From assembly GCA_951804945.1 (NCBI GenBank), contig OX638157.1, positions 30,938,001 through 31,002,000 of the forward strand: a stretch of DNA of 64,000 nt, in the 5' to 3' direction. A program made the translations under genes and the position numbers. The notes below the pieces were generated by a model. That model did no database searches. It had not been told where the DNA came from and saw only the letters and a program-made list of their open reading frames with translations. The DNA comes from Podarcis cretensis (taxonomy: Eukaryota). Below are positions 1-12,438 of this stretch, in pieces. How positions within the stretch are numbered: position 1 is the first letter of the stretch; each line of letters opens with the position of its first letter.

Positions 1-1584
1 TTTCTGCCATATGATCTGTTTTGAGTTTGGAATATTTGCTGGAAGGAGTGATGGCTCTATGACTTCTGAGTCATATTTATTAAATGCAAAATGTTTTCAC
101 AGAACTCCTCTTAGAACCATAATAAAACAATGAGGACCAAGTAGCCAACCATCTCCTATAATAGGGTGCGCTGCCATGTAGAATGTGTGTGGGAAAGCAG
201 AACCATGTGTGCATGATTTTTTTAAAAAATCTTCTCAGTATAATGAAGAGCCAGAGTAGCAAATTCAGGGTTTGTTTAATGACAAGGAGTAAGACTTTAA
301 CACCAGTGTTGGATTAACATCCAGGCTAAGCATGTTATAGGACAGCGTCCTGGACAAACTGAGGTCACAATGTTCTTGGAATGTGAGGTGGGCCTCAATA
401 TGAAGTGTGAGGACACTCTTAGGTTAGTCGATGCTAGTAGTGAAGAAATGTCAACTAAACTCAATCAGCTTGTGTAACAGTAGGGCCATAGTCCATGTGC
501 TTTTAACTGACCAATTATTACAAACTGGTCTGTCCTGGTGCTCAGGTTAGTGATCTGCGTGTCTTTTAAGACAACATGGAAGCTAAATAAGCAAAACATC
601 CATGCATATTCAATTTAGAAGGGAGGAGTGTGATTTTTCTACCTATAGACAAATGACATTATTTTCTCTTTCATATACCGTATAGGCTTTGTTTTCATGC
701 ACTCTATAATTTGAGTTGTCGCATTTCTAAAGTGGCTAGGCTGGCTTCTTTTTGTAGTACAAACACACTGGCCCAAATTGGTAATACTGTAAAAACACCA
801 AATTAGGAGACTACAAATTTGGGGGCTTTGCAGTCCAGTTTGAGCTAGAAGATGTTGTTTTGCATGATATAATCCCAGTTCTTTCCATCTGTGGAACAAT
901 TGCTGGTGAGCGCCTTCCTGCTTTTTGTTTTATACTCCATTTTTATCTACAGGCTGTTTCACAAAACCTTACTGGGACCAACCCTGGCTGAGCCAATGTA
1001 AAGAAAGTATTTGTATCCCATGTCAAAGCCTTTGAAAGATTCTCTCAGGTTAGGACATGGCGGCTGTTTTATGCTCAGAAGTAATATCTTGTCAGCAACA
1101 CAAGGAGGAGACTCTTCATGTATATTACAGCAGGGGCAGCCAACATGAAGCTGTTGGACTGTAATTGCCAGGAGCCTCAGGCAGCATGGCCAATAGTCTG
1201 GGACAATGGGAGTTGCAGTCGAACACCACCGGGGGGACACCATGTTGGCTGACCCAGGATTATTATCAGTACTGTACACTGTTGGATAATATAGGTTTAT
1301 GTGACTAGGAACGAGCCCTGTATCTATGTATCTGTCTCTATGACAGCAGCACCAAAATACAGTGAAGCAAGATGTCTAGCGTTGCTTCCTGTGCAGAACC
1401 TTGTGAACCGTAGATACTATACAGGTTCATATAGTTGACAGTAAGAGAAAGGGGTGGATTTCCTCCACCCAATAAAATAGGCAAAGTCAGCTTGATCTGC
1501 CACACTTGCTATTAATAGCATTATGCTATTGCTACCGAGGCAAAAGTCACTGCTTGAGCCTCAACAGCAGAAGTCCGTCTATGT

Positions 1585-2033
1585 CAGGGGTCAGCAAACT
1601 TTTTCAGCAGGGGGCTGGTCCACTGTCCCTCAGACCTTGTGGGGGGCTGGACTATATTTTGAAAAAATAAATAAATGATGCAAGAGCACCACAAGCCCCA
1701 GTGGCTGCTTAACCGTGTCTTGCGAGCAGCAGGGGCTGGTGGCGGCAGCGGAGGGACGATGAGCAGCACACAAAAGGGCTCCAGAGAGGGGCTGCTTAAA
1801 ATGGTGGCCGCTCGAGTGCTGCTGGCACCAACAAAGCCCAGCCCCCTTCCTTCTCTAGGCAGGGTGGGGAGAAGCCAGGAGGAGGGAGGGAGGAGGCGCT
1901 GCCCCCACCTCCATGTGAGGGAAAGAGTACGTGCACTGGCGATCCACGCAGCGATTCCCGGACTGTCCGCAGGCCAGATCCAGAATGCAATGGGGCCTGA
2001 TCTGGCCCACAGGCCTTAGTTTGCTGACCCATG
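1585..2033. mobile_element. Non-autonomous hAT (Charlie-like) MITE
   Basis: TIRs CAGGGGTCAGCAAACT / AGTTTGCTGACCCATG. The 8-bp flanks GTCTATGT (1577-1584) and GTCTACAT (2034-2041) fit an ancestral TSD GTCTACGT. Confidence 0.8.
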
Positions 2034-4596
2034 GTCTACATGATTAGACAAGCTGAACGGCTATCAAAAATGTGTATTTTCATGCTAAGGCTTGAAGGAC
2101 GACCTTATTCTTTGTCCCCATGACCATTATCGTTTTTTTGAGAGATTCCTGTTTTTCAGAAAAGTGCCTTGTTCAATGATGGTGGTGGTGGTGATGATGA
2201 TTTATTATTTATACCCCACCCACTCTATTCTCTATCATGTAGATGCTGATTTCACATTTGTAGCAAAATTTTTCTACATTAGATGCTTGATATAGGTTGA
2301 TTGGCATCTAGGGCAGAGACATCGGTGATAGAGATCAGTATCCATTAAATTAAATCCAATCACCTATGTGACTTCCTTCTAATTGTAGGCTTACTATTAT
2401 CTGCAAATATCATGTTGGTTAAAGAACACAACAAATGGCATTTTGTGGACCTTGATTGTGGCAAAACGGACGCAAGGGGCCAACAGCATAAGAGCAACAC
2501 TTTTCAGAGAGACACTGATATATTACCTCTCTCTGAAATCAAGCGATCTACAGTGCCAGCTACAATAGGACCCCCGCTCCTTGTTCCGCATGCCTCAGCC
2601 TGTGCGATGCTCTAATTAATTTTGTTTTGTTTCAAGAAAGAGCTCTCCAAGTTCAAGCTGGTGCCAAGGGCAAGTTCAGAGACACAGCCAAGGAAGATAG
2701 AAAGGAACCGGCACGTAAAAGTGATGTTCTCCAGAAGGCACAAAATATGTAAAGGTCTAAATCTAAAACATTCAGTTATGTATGCCTTGAGCTTATTGCT
2801 CAACCTGCACTTCCCCGTTTCTCCCTTCCCTGGTGCCTCAAGGGGAATAAAAATTGATGAAACTACTTCCGAGAGCTGTTGGCTGTGTTTGGTGCTAGTT
2901 GGTGCACGTTCATCTCTCCCTGCCCTCCCCTCTCATTCACATTTATTAGTTCAGTGCCAAATTCACTTGGCTCACACAATGAAAGAAATGTTATCTTTCT
3001 TTAGACACTTCCCATTTAGGCTACACTCTTCAAAGGCACCTCTCTAAGCTGGTGCATTGAACTTTGCTGGACACACCAGCAGGCACTTTATTTCATTTTA
3101 CTAATTGTAGTGGAATCTGAGGAATACTAGATGATGATTTGTGGGGTGAAAAGCTTCCTTGTGGATAGCTCCACAGCAGTGCCACAAGGAGCGATTTAAC
3201 TCACCTTCCATCTGGTGACCATAAATGTGTGCAATATCCAGTTCCTCATCAGGAGAAACCTGATTCTTCAGTTGGAATAGGGACACTGTATATATAATCT
3301 TAGAGGCATTTTCTTCTGGAAGAAAGAGAGGGAAAACTAATGAACAGTTAAATCATTTAAGAATAATATTTCTCATGCATAGCATGTCCAAAGTCATTCT
3401 CATTTTTATCTTGCTTATCTTCACATTGGCCAACAGAGAGACTGCTGTCATTTCCAGGAGGGGAGAATGAGTACGTGTTTGGGTCCTGTTTGCAGGTTTC
3501 CCACAGGCCTTTGTGTCTTTGTAGGCCACTGTGAGAACAGGGTGGTAGGCTACAGCCTTTAGTCAACCAAACTAGAGCAGTCAAAAATGTGGAAGGTGGA
3601 AAGTACATTAACCTAAACCTTGACTTCCAGGCTTTGATGCAGCTCCTCTACACAGAGACTATGTATGTACAAGAAGTTTTGTTTGAAGGCTCTGCTAATG
3701 TGATCTGGAATACTCTGAGGTGCAGGGTTCCTAACAGTCTAGCAAGAAACTAGACACATGTCTAACTTACATGTACAAACAATCTGTGCAGGAGAACTGG
3801 ATCAATGTAGGATGGTCAAGAGTAGGGCCACAAAGCACAGTGCCCACTAGCCCTCCACATACTGACTGTGCCCTGTTTGGGCTTAAGACCCATTTCGCAC
3901 AAGCAGTATTACACATGGGGTTGCATGCCAGCTTCTGCATTTGTGGTTACCGTGGCAGGTGTGGTGGGAGATCAGCCTTCTGACCAACCTAAGCACCAGC
4001 GAGATGGGTGATCATCATCCAAGACATCCTGTGATCTCTGCCTATTTCTCAACTTCTAAGTTGAAAGGAGGGCTCTATTATTTGGTCACCTTTTCTGAGG
4101 TGTTTGATGCACCTAACACAGAGTGGTCAAACTGGAGAGTGCCCTGATGCCTTTTCCCCTGCAGGTTAGGTTGGCGTGGTGCTGCTATATAGGGCCAAAG
4201 AAGACTTTGGTGGCCACAGTGTTTGGCTAGCAAGAGCAGCCAAAAATTGTAGACTCCTGTTTGCATGGTTCTGGATTAAGCCACATACCATATCTCATGC
4301 TATCATATAGATATTGAGCAGAGCATCAAAAGACATTGTAACCTCAATCACAACCACCCACAACTACTATTACTACAAATTTATAAAGCAGCAGCAATGT
4401 GTTTTATAACATTGTTATTCTGATTGAATCCTATACTGCCACACATTATACGCTTAATAAAATTATAGGGTGAGGAAGATTACAAAACCAGTGCTTAACT
4501 TATTGATGTGTTAAAGAGAGCATGTATTGTATAACAACCTAGACTATTATTAATAATAATAGTAGTAATAAGCAGGTGCTAAGTAAAAGAAAGCAC

Positions 4597-4670
4597 ACAT
4601 TTACTCAGAAGTAAATTAATGGAACTCAAAGGGATGTATTCTCAGGTAAGTGGGTATAGGATTGCAGTTT
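4597..4670. repeat. Short palindromic interspersed repeat (AATCCTAT...GTAAG...CTTAC...ATAGGATT family), degraded
   Basis: Matches copies at 24122, 26443, 39933-40175 and 59861. Self-complementary unit of about 80 bp. Confidence 0.55.
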
Positions 4671-5554
4671 AAGGCAACACACTGGTGGTGTAAGCCCCAT
4701 TGGCCACAGTATTACTTCTGAGCAGAATGGTTTAGGATTGTTTTTAATCTGGTGTCCAAAACATAAGAACAACTTTTGGCATTTGTTTGGTTTGTTTTTC
4801 AACTTTTAGTTGAAGACCAGCTCATATAAAAATTATTGATAATGAATTGAAGATCATGGTACAAACAGAAATTCTAATGGAAATGCCAGCAATCCTGACA
4901 CGAATGGCGCCAGTATAAATACTTCCAAACTGACAGCTACAAGCCCAGAGGCAAAATAAAAGCAAGTCTCTATCTTTCTATCTTTTTTTAAAAAAAGCCC
5001 TGTTTCTTGGCCTTCTGTTACTGGTGATGTCTCACCTAAAGTGTATCCAGTGACTCATCTTCCAATTACTGTTGCTGTCATTCTGGTCCAAATTAAGAGA
5101 CGCTTTAGAAGATTAAAATAACCCAGTTGTGAGGCCTTATGAAAGCTTTGCTCTAAGCAACCTCTCTTCTCTCTGTTTATGCTCAAGAGGCTTTTGGATT
5201 CACGTGTAAAATACATCCCAGGAACAGCACATGGCCTTTGCCTTTGAAAATAAGACAATGAGAGAGTTGCTTTAAACAGGAAAAGCCTTTCTTTCAAAAT
5301 GACCATTCACTCAATATCATCTTAAGCTATTTTCAAGGGTACGTCAAATATGTTGAGATGGACATGGATTGCTGTTACTGCAGAGTGTTTGGATTCAAGA
5401 TATTGTTGAGGAAAAGGTTTCACCTGAATTAACTTCAGGCAATCTGATGCTTTGAAGGAAAAAGAGAAATCTAGCAAAGGTTCCTCACTGTGCTACATAT
5501 TCACGAGAGCTTTGTGCATATTCACAATGTATCCTGAAACCTGAGAAGCAGGTA

Positions 5555-5796
5555 CAGTGGTACCTCAGGTTAAGAACTTAATTCGTTCTAGAGGTCTGTT
5601 CTTAACCTGAAACTGTTCTTAACCTGATGCGCCACTTTAGCTAATGGGGCCTCCCGCTGCTGCCACGCTGCCAGAGCACGATTTCTGTTCTCATTCTGAA
5701 GCAAAGTTCTTAACCCGAGGTACTATTTCTGGGTTAGCGGAGTCTGTAACCTGAAGTGTCTGTAACCTGAATCATCTCTAACCTGAGGTACCACTG
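5555..5796 (+). mobile_element. Tc1/mariner (Tigger/pogo-like) MITE
   Basis: TIRs CAGTGGTACCTCAGGTTA / TAACCTGAGGTACCACTG with TA on both sides. Internal TAACCTGA repeats. Second copy inverted at 62395. Confidence 0.88.
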
Positions 5797-8489
5797 TATG
5801 CACTTTGATGAGGTACAATTAGCTCCAGCTCAGATGTTTATAAGACAAAAGCTTTTTCTACAGTCAGAACACATTGATTCCACTGCTCTGCTCCTCACTG
5901 CTATGCATTTCTCATCTCTGAGCATGGGTTCTGTGTGCATACAGCCTCTATGCGTACATCTTGTACATGCATGATCAGGGACCCTGCTTCTTTGAAGGGT
6001 TCCAGATCATGCATACAGAACCTATGCACATACGGCTAAATGCAGGGATGAGAGATCTGTGGAACTCAGGATATCAACAAGATTGTGAAAGTTGTGTGAT
6101 GCAGTTATGGCTGTAGCTATGAGGTGCTTTCCTATATATTTACTTTCCTTAGTCTGATCTGATCAGAAAAATGTGTTGATGGAAGAAATGTTGGTGTCCT
6201 CCCAAGCAAGGCTCAGAAAAGAACTGTGGGGCTTTGGAAAAGCCAACCTCAAAGCAGAAGTGAGTTTTACATGCCCCTGAATTCTTCTGCAGCTGGGATT
6301 GAAATCTAAGGTCGGAAAGAATTGCTGGCTCCTTCCACTATGCAATGCAGGGGAGCAACGTTACCCACCATTTTTTGTCCCTGAATCTATTCATTTAATG
6401 CAAAGATTTCATTTAAATATAGGCAGATTTAAGAGACTGATAGATTTCTCCAGGCCTTGGGTTCACTCAGAAAAACTCTCCACAATTTTCTGAATTTTGT
6501 GTGTGGAAGATCTTGCATAATTTCCAATGCACAGAGCTGTATTTCCCCCAGAAAGGCAATTCATCCTCCCGATACAACCTCCAGAATGTAGGTCTAGCTG
6601 ACATCTGGCAAGTCAAGTTCCGCCAAACACACAACAGTATGTTATTTGCCTCCAGATAAAGTCAGGCCAGCCTTAGTTGAACATTTAATAAACAATTTCC
6701 TAGTGGAAACCACACATAACTTTACAAGGCTAGGGCTGCATCAATAAATCCATCATTCTGTTTTTAGATAAACATTAACAGAGATTAGAGAGCCAGGTCA
6801 CCCTCTGAACTTCCATTCTTGTGTGAGTGTGCTGTCAACAATCAAGCTGTATAAACAAAGGTCTGTGTGTGCCTGTGCAGCAAAACGTCTCCTCTCTCTG
6901 TTGCCTCAGCTTCACTTTAGCAAGGGCGGAGCAGAACTGGAAATGTCTGTCTCCTGCAAGACAAAATCTGGAGGGGAGCCAAATTCCACTGGTCCTACAG
7001 CTTCAGGGAGGAAAGAGTTGTAAACCAGCAATTAGTAATCCTGCTACTAAGAGGAAAGATTGCTGGGAAGTATAAATAGGGTCACTGTTTATACACAAGT
7101 TAAACTAGGAAGTGATCTGATTATATTGCTGCCAAAACGGCATGAGGGGGGAAAGAGCTCAGCTTGTGAGAATCACTGGGCTAATTCACATGACTCTTTC
7201 AGCAGGGCAAAATGTTGTTTGACTCGGCCTGCGAGCTGTTCTACACATGGTGTCGACTGAAGGCTAAGGGAAGTTTTCTGGCTAGCAATACTTCAGACTG
7301 CAAGTGGGTTGTGTGTGTCCTATTCTTGAATTTTCCCTTCTTGAATGTGACAAAGCCAATACGCTGGGAAGAAAGGTCCAGCTTAGTATACAATACAAAT
7401 GGAACAATTTAAGCAGGGCTTTCAGAAATGTGGCACACTCACACCCCAATCTACAGTGGCACGCCTCACATAATGTGTAGAATGGCTTGGTTGGTAAGGT
7501 GGTTCGCCAAGTTTAGTTGCTGGAAGTGATTTATCTGATAGCTTTGTTATATATACATGAGGTTATTATTGGTTGCTCTATCATAGTCTACTCAAGGGTG
7601 GGAAGGAGGTAGATTAGGATCGATTGGTAGATCTCTGAGTGATCTGCAAAAGATTAACAATGGCAGCAACAAAATGATTTCCCCCACCTAAATTAGGCTG
7701 CTGAAATGATGACGATGAGCCAGGAGTAGCTTTTGGGTGAAAGGACTGGGCTTGCTTCAGTTCTGGTACTGGGGGGGGGGGGGGCGGGTAGGCAATTGCT
7801 AGGCTCAAAATTGTTCTTTTATTCTAACAATATGTCTTTTGCAGTTGGTACTGACTGATACTGTAGATCTAGGGGTTCTAGTAAAAATGAATTAGATTTG
7901 ACAAGCATACGGTCTGCCTACCATTGTTTTACTCAGAATTGTGGTGGGCATGGCCCTTTTGGTTCTTGGGCAGATGTCTTTTGCAGCACTCATTATTAAA
8001 TCCCTTTCACTGTGTGCTCAAATTATAGCTTGGTCAGCACAGATACAGCACACTGGTGGATCAAAGGTGGCATTTGGGAATGCATTGAAATAACCAGATA
8101 AAAGTTGAACAAAATGGGGGACAGAATGGATCGGCAAGGGACTTCCTAACACTAATGCCACAGGGCATAAAATGCTGCATTTATTATATGAATAGCATTT
8201 TCATTCAGTTTTTTTTTAAAATAAAAAAGATTAAGTCCAGTCTTAAGATTCAGTATGGAAACCAAATAAGTGATTGATCAATGTAATGAAATTGTACAAA
8301 GTAAGTGTTTTAATCTCAGAGTAGATACTCATTGTGTGAATTGTAAGTTAGACATGGCCCCTAGGAAGGTGGTTTCCACCTTTGAAGCGAATAGCAAAGA
8401 AACAGTAAATGGTCAAAAGAGGTGTTCACCTAGAAGTTTGAGCTTATTAGGTAATTTAACCACTAATACTAACTGCTCATCCATTCACC

Positions 8490-8718
8490 ACTGGTTTTAA
8501 AACAGGTTTAAAACAAACACAACAGCCAAGAAAATTAACAGAAAAATTACAGTCACCCGAATGACAACAAAAAAAGTACAGATAAAATCAGTCAACAGTA
8601 AGAACAAAGTATTAGGAAAATAAGTTTTCAGAAAGTTGCAGTATGGATCCCTAGGACAGGGAGTTCCAAAGGAGGCTACGATGGAGGAAGCCCTCTCTTG
8701 CATTTCTGCTAGCCACAC
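8490..8718 (-). mobile_element. Old L2 LINE 3' fragment
   Basis: GGGAGTTCCAAAGGAGGCTACGATGGAGGAAGCCCTCT resembles the reverse strand of the L2 ORF2 end seen at 37440-37500. Confidence 0.45.
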
Positions 8719-8719
8719 C

Positions 8720-9010
8720 CAAGGATGGAGGATAAATAAGTTCGTTTTTTCACCTTGAAGTAAACTGAACTAATTATCTGCTCATGAATTAGATCAGAAT
8801 GCACCTATTAATTGGATCACAAACTTCTCTGAATTTTGCAATGCAGTTTGGGTCTTCCCTCACAATCTTATTTTTCCATGTCTATTTTAGGAGTTAGTGC
8901 ATTGGAAATCATTCAGAAATGTGCACTTCAGGAGCAGAATGCACAGAATATGTATACAATTTAAATGTGAATTTTTATGCATTTTTAAAACAAAGATCTG
9001 CCAAGAATGG
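8720..9010 (-). mobile_element. Non-autonomous hAT-Ac-like element, partial and inverted
   Basis: Reverse-complement similarity to 46925-47337 (CTTCTCTGAATTTTGCAATGCAGTTT). Confidence 0.5.
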
Positions 9011-10367
9011 GATTGACGGGATCTATTATTGAGACATACACAGATGACGTGGAATGGGAATAGGATGATCCAGTCATCCCTCAGATGAGGGGTGGGCATG
9101 CAAAAGCGCCTCCTTCGGTGACCTCAGTGTGTGGAAGGGATTGGTGGATTCTGTCCCTGCCTAAGCTTCTGTAAAAAGAGTTGTGCTTCCAAGGTGTTAG
9201 AATCTGGGCAGAAACAAGCATATAGAATCAGGATTCCAATCAATTGTTCCAACATGATCACCTCATCAATCTGGTCTACTCTTTTTGTCACAAGCTAAAA
9301 AAATGCTTTCCCCTATTGTTTTATTTATATCTTAATTTTATCAATTGATTCGTATGATTAATTGACTAAGTTTTTTTCAGCCGGGTGACTACTAACTAAT
9401 GACTGGGCTGAGGTTCACAAGCAAGCATAGTATACACAACAAGACTGATTGGACCTGACAGGCACCAAGTTCAGAGCTGTAGGGAAGAATGACAGCATAA
9501 AATGAAGAGGAAATCATTTGTGACATGCCCTTTACTTAACTTATTGGCGTGTCATTTCCAGCCTAAAGTATATCACGGATCTGAAGCATTATTTTAAAAG
9601 ACGTCCCTCCCCTTCCTTTGCTTAGAGAAAGAGGTATTGTTAATTATAGCTTAATTTCACTTATGTTAGGGCCAAGGAAATTCTGTTACTGATTCACATT
9701 CACAGAATGAATGCAGATCAGGCATTAAAGTTCACATAGTCTCTTGTACAACAACAAGTGAAACCTGCAACAAAATGTTGTAGGGCATCCTCACCCGCAA
9801 TTAGGTGTTCTGTGCAGGATTCCAGATATTCCAGATATTCCTTCCTTCCAAGCAGGGTATTTTTCTTCCCACCCCACTTTTGTCCTAGCTGACAATCCAT
9901 ATTTTATGGTGGCTCAACATGCTCAGTCTTCATACGGCTGGATATATTTTTGGAGCAGGGAGATGTCCCCATAGATTTTTTTAAACAAAGTTTTTTTGTA
10001 CTTCTGCAAACCTCAGTCTCCACCTTGACTCTAATCCTGTCAACACTCAACACCTGAGTTTGCTACTATCTTCGATTGCTCATCTTAAGTAGCGCCTTAA
10101 TTAGTTGATTTTGGACCTGTGAATGTATACTTGATTTCAATATGTTCCGTAGGAATTAGAGGATCAGGCGTAGCAATCCTTTGGCTTGTCATGTAAACTA
10201 CAAGTTTCGATCTGGATCTATATCCACATTGCTCTGGGGCAGGTGTGTTCTTAGAGCATGAATATAGGTTGAAATCCTCTCATCTTCCTAAGCTTGTCCA
10301 TGCAGATTAAGAGTTTTATTTGCTCTAATCATACACACAACAATATGTGTTCACACTTAGTCATACA

Positions 10368-10370
<3 letters not shown>

Positions 10371-10399
<29 letters not shown>
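10371..10399. repeat. (TG)n microsatellite
   Basis: Perfect dinucleotide run. Confidence 0.95.
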
Positions 10400-10402
<3 letters not shown>

Positions 10403-12438
10403 GGCAGCATGTTCAAAAATAGTATAAATATTATGGAATGCAAACTATTGTACTTTGGGAACACCCATCACCTCTGGCATTGGCAAGAAATGCGTTACAT
10501 AAACAGTTATGCAATTAAAAAAATATATATTAATTTAGGGGCAACAGAAAGGCACATGTTGAAAAAGTACCTTCCAGAGTTGGAAAAATCTGCAGTTCTA
10601 GAACTTTGGAACACACTGTTAGATTGGTCTCTGTGTGTGCAAGTGTGTGTAGGGAATGGCATGCACAAGCAGAAATAGTGCACAATTCACTTCTAAGTAA
10701 AGTCACTCCTCTGTGCCTCTACAGGGCATTTACAGAGCAGGAATTACACTGGCTGGATGACAGTAGGAACTTGACTAAGTCTGCTGTGCCAGCAGATCTT
10801 GGAGGTGATCTGACATTGGGCTTATTATGCAAGCATGTCAGGAAGAAGGATGCCAGCATATAATTATGCTGGCACTGCCTCAACTCTGGTGCAACTTCAC
10901 TGATACAGAAGCCCTAAATGGTGATAATGGGATCATGGTGGGGAGGAGCAGCCCTTTCCGAACATGGCTTTATTGATATCTTAAACCATGGCTTGCCAAT
11001 TTGTTTGGGGGGGGGGAGGCAATGGGCATATTTGGAATTTGAAGAAAATGTCCATGGTGCCAATCACACAATGGCTGGTGTGGAGCGTGCATGTCAATGG
11101 TTGCTGTTGCGGTGTGGCGTAACCCAAAATGGCTACTACATCTAATAGAGCAGAGAAAGAGATAGGCTCACAAAATGGTGTGGGCATGCCTCTCCTGACC
11201 CTGCTCTGGACAACAATGCTTGCTCAAAGGCAGAAAGTCTTTGCACCTTTACTCTGTTCAGAGTGGAAGGAAGGCTATCAAATCCTGACATCCAATGAAA
11301 CAGGGCTACAGGAGTGGGGGCTGTGTTCAATACAGGAGAGACCAAGCAAGCGAAAACAGGAGCTGAGCAGGAACATTGTGCATTGTGGGTTTTTGAGGGC
11401 ATATCTACTGCGATGTATGCGCATGGCAGGCCTGCAGATTTGATGGTGGACCTGCTATTATATTAAGCATAGCCAGGCAGGATGCAGGGTTAAGATTGCA
11501 GCCAGTGTCATTTAGAAGAGAATCAAATGTTGAGTCTAATGGCAAAAAACTGTGATCAATGGAAATCTCCCTCTCCCCCGCCCCGCCCCACCTTAGCTCT
11601 GTCAAAACAAATAAATTTCTGGAAGTGGAATGTGCATACTGAAAGCTACCCTTGCGTTGGCTGTCTCATATACTGATTAGCTACATGAGAATTTGCTAAA
11701 GTAATTACCTCCTAGTAGTTGGCAATTACCATGGCAACCTCACCATCACAAGATAAATTCAGCCGTTAATGAAAGCACTACCACCAATGTGTCAACGCTG
11801 AAACATACATTATATGCCTTAAAAAGGAAAAAAGAAGAAACTTTGAACAAAAGCCTTTCCTGACTAAATTGGAGAAACAGGTAGGCAGCATATTCATGCA
11901 AACTGTAGGACTGCCCCGAATCAGACAAGAGAATGGATGGCTTTCATCCCCCCCCCTTCACTTTTCTGAACCCAGAATCTCTGACAGGTTAACCAAAAGT
12001 ATCTTATTTCAACTCACACAATTGTACCTAATACTTACCAAAAGTGGTTTTAACCAAGGGACAAGGCAAATTTGCAGTGATTTAAGGCAATTTATTTGTT
12101 CCATCTGAATATCGTGCAAAAATGTAGGTCTTTCAAATACTGCCTTTCAAATCTTAAGCTCAATTCTGCACATTTCCACTTCGTTTTGCGGTAGTCTTTT
12201 AAAAAACTCCTCATGAAAACCAGTGCAAATTCTTCCTTATATACATGCATAGCCCCTTGGGCTTGCCAATCGGTTCGAAACTATGCAACAGGGTGAGCTC
12301 TTTTTTTTTTTTTTGCACGTAAATCTGCTGAATACACAGAGTTTTGAAAAGCAATTTATTCAAATGGGATGCATTTTTTAATGTTATTTTCACTAATGTG
12401 CATGTTAAGACAAATTTTACCCTAGTATGTGCATTTTT

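Noticed and set aside
1675-2019. 114-aa GC-rich ORF
   Set aside because: Lies entirely within the hAT MITE and has no recognisable domain.
2622-3047. 141-aa ORF
   Set aside because: Non-ATG start, no recognisable domain or convincing splice context; a chance ORF.
7771-7788. Poly-G runs (also ~15354, 17033, 48873) as G-quadruplexes
   Set aside because: Homopolymer runs with no supporting context; length is prone to sequencing error.
10851-10874. Perfect 10-bp stem TGCCAGCATA/TATGCTGGCA
   Set aside because: Too short to interpret; probably the centre of a decayed palindromic repeat.
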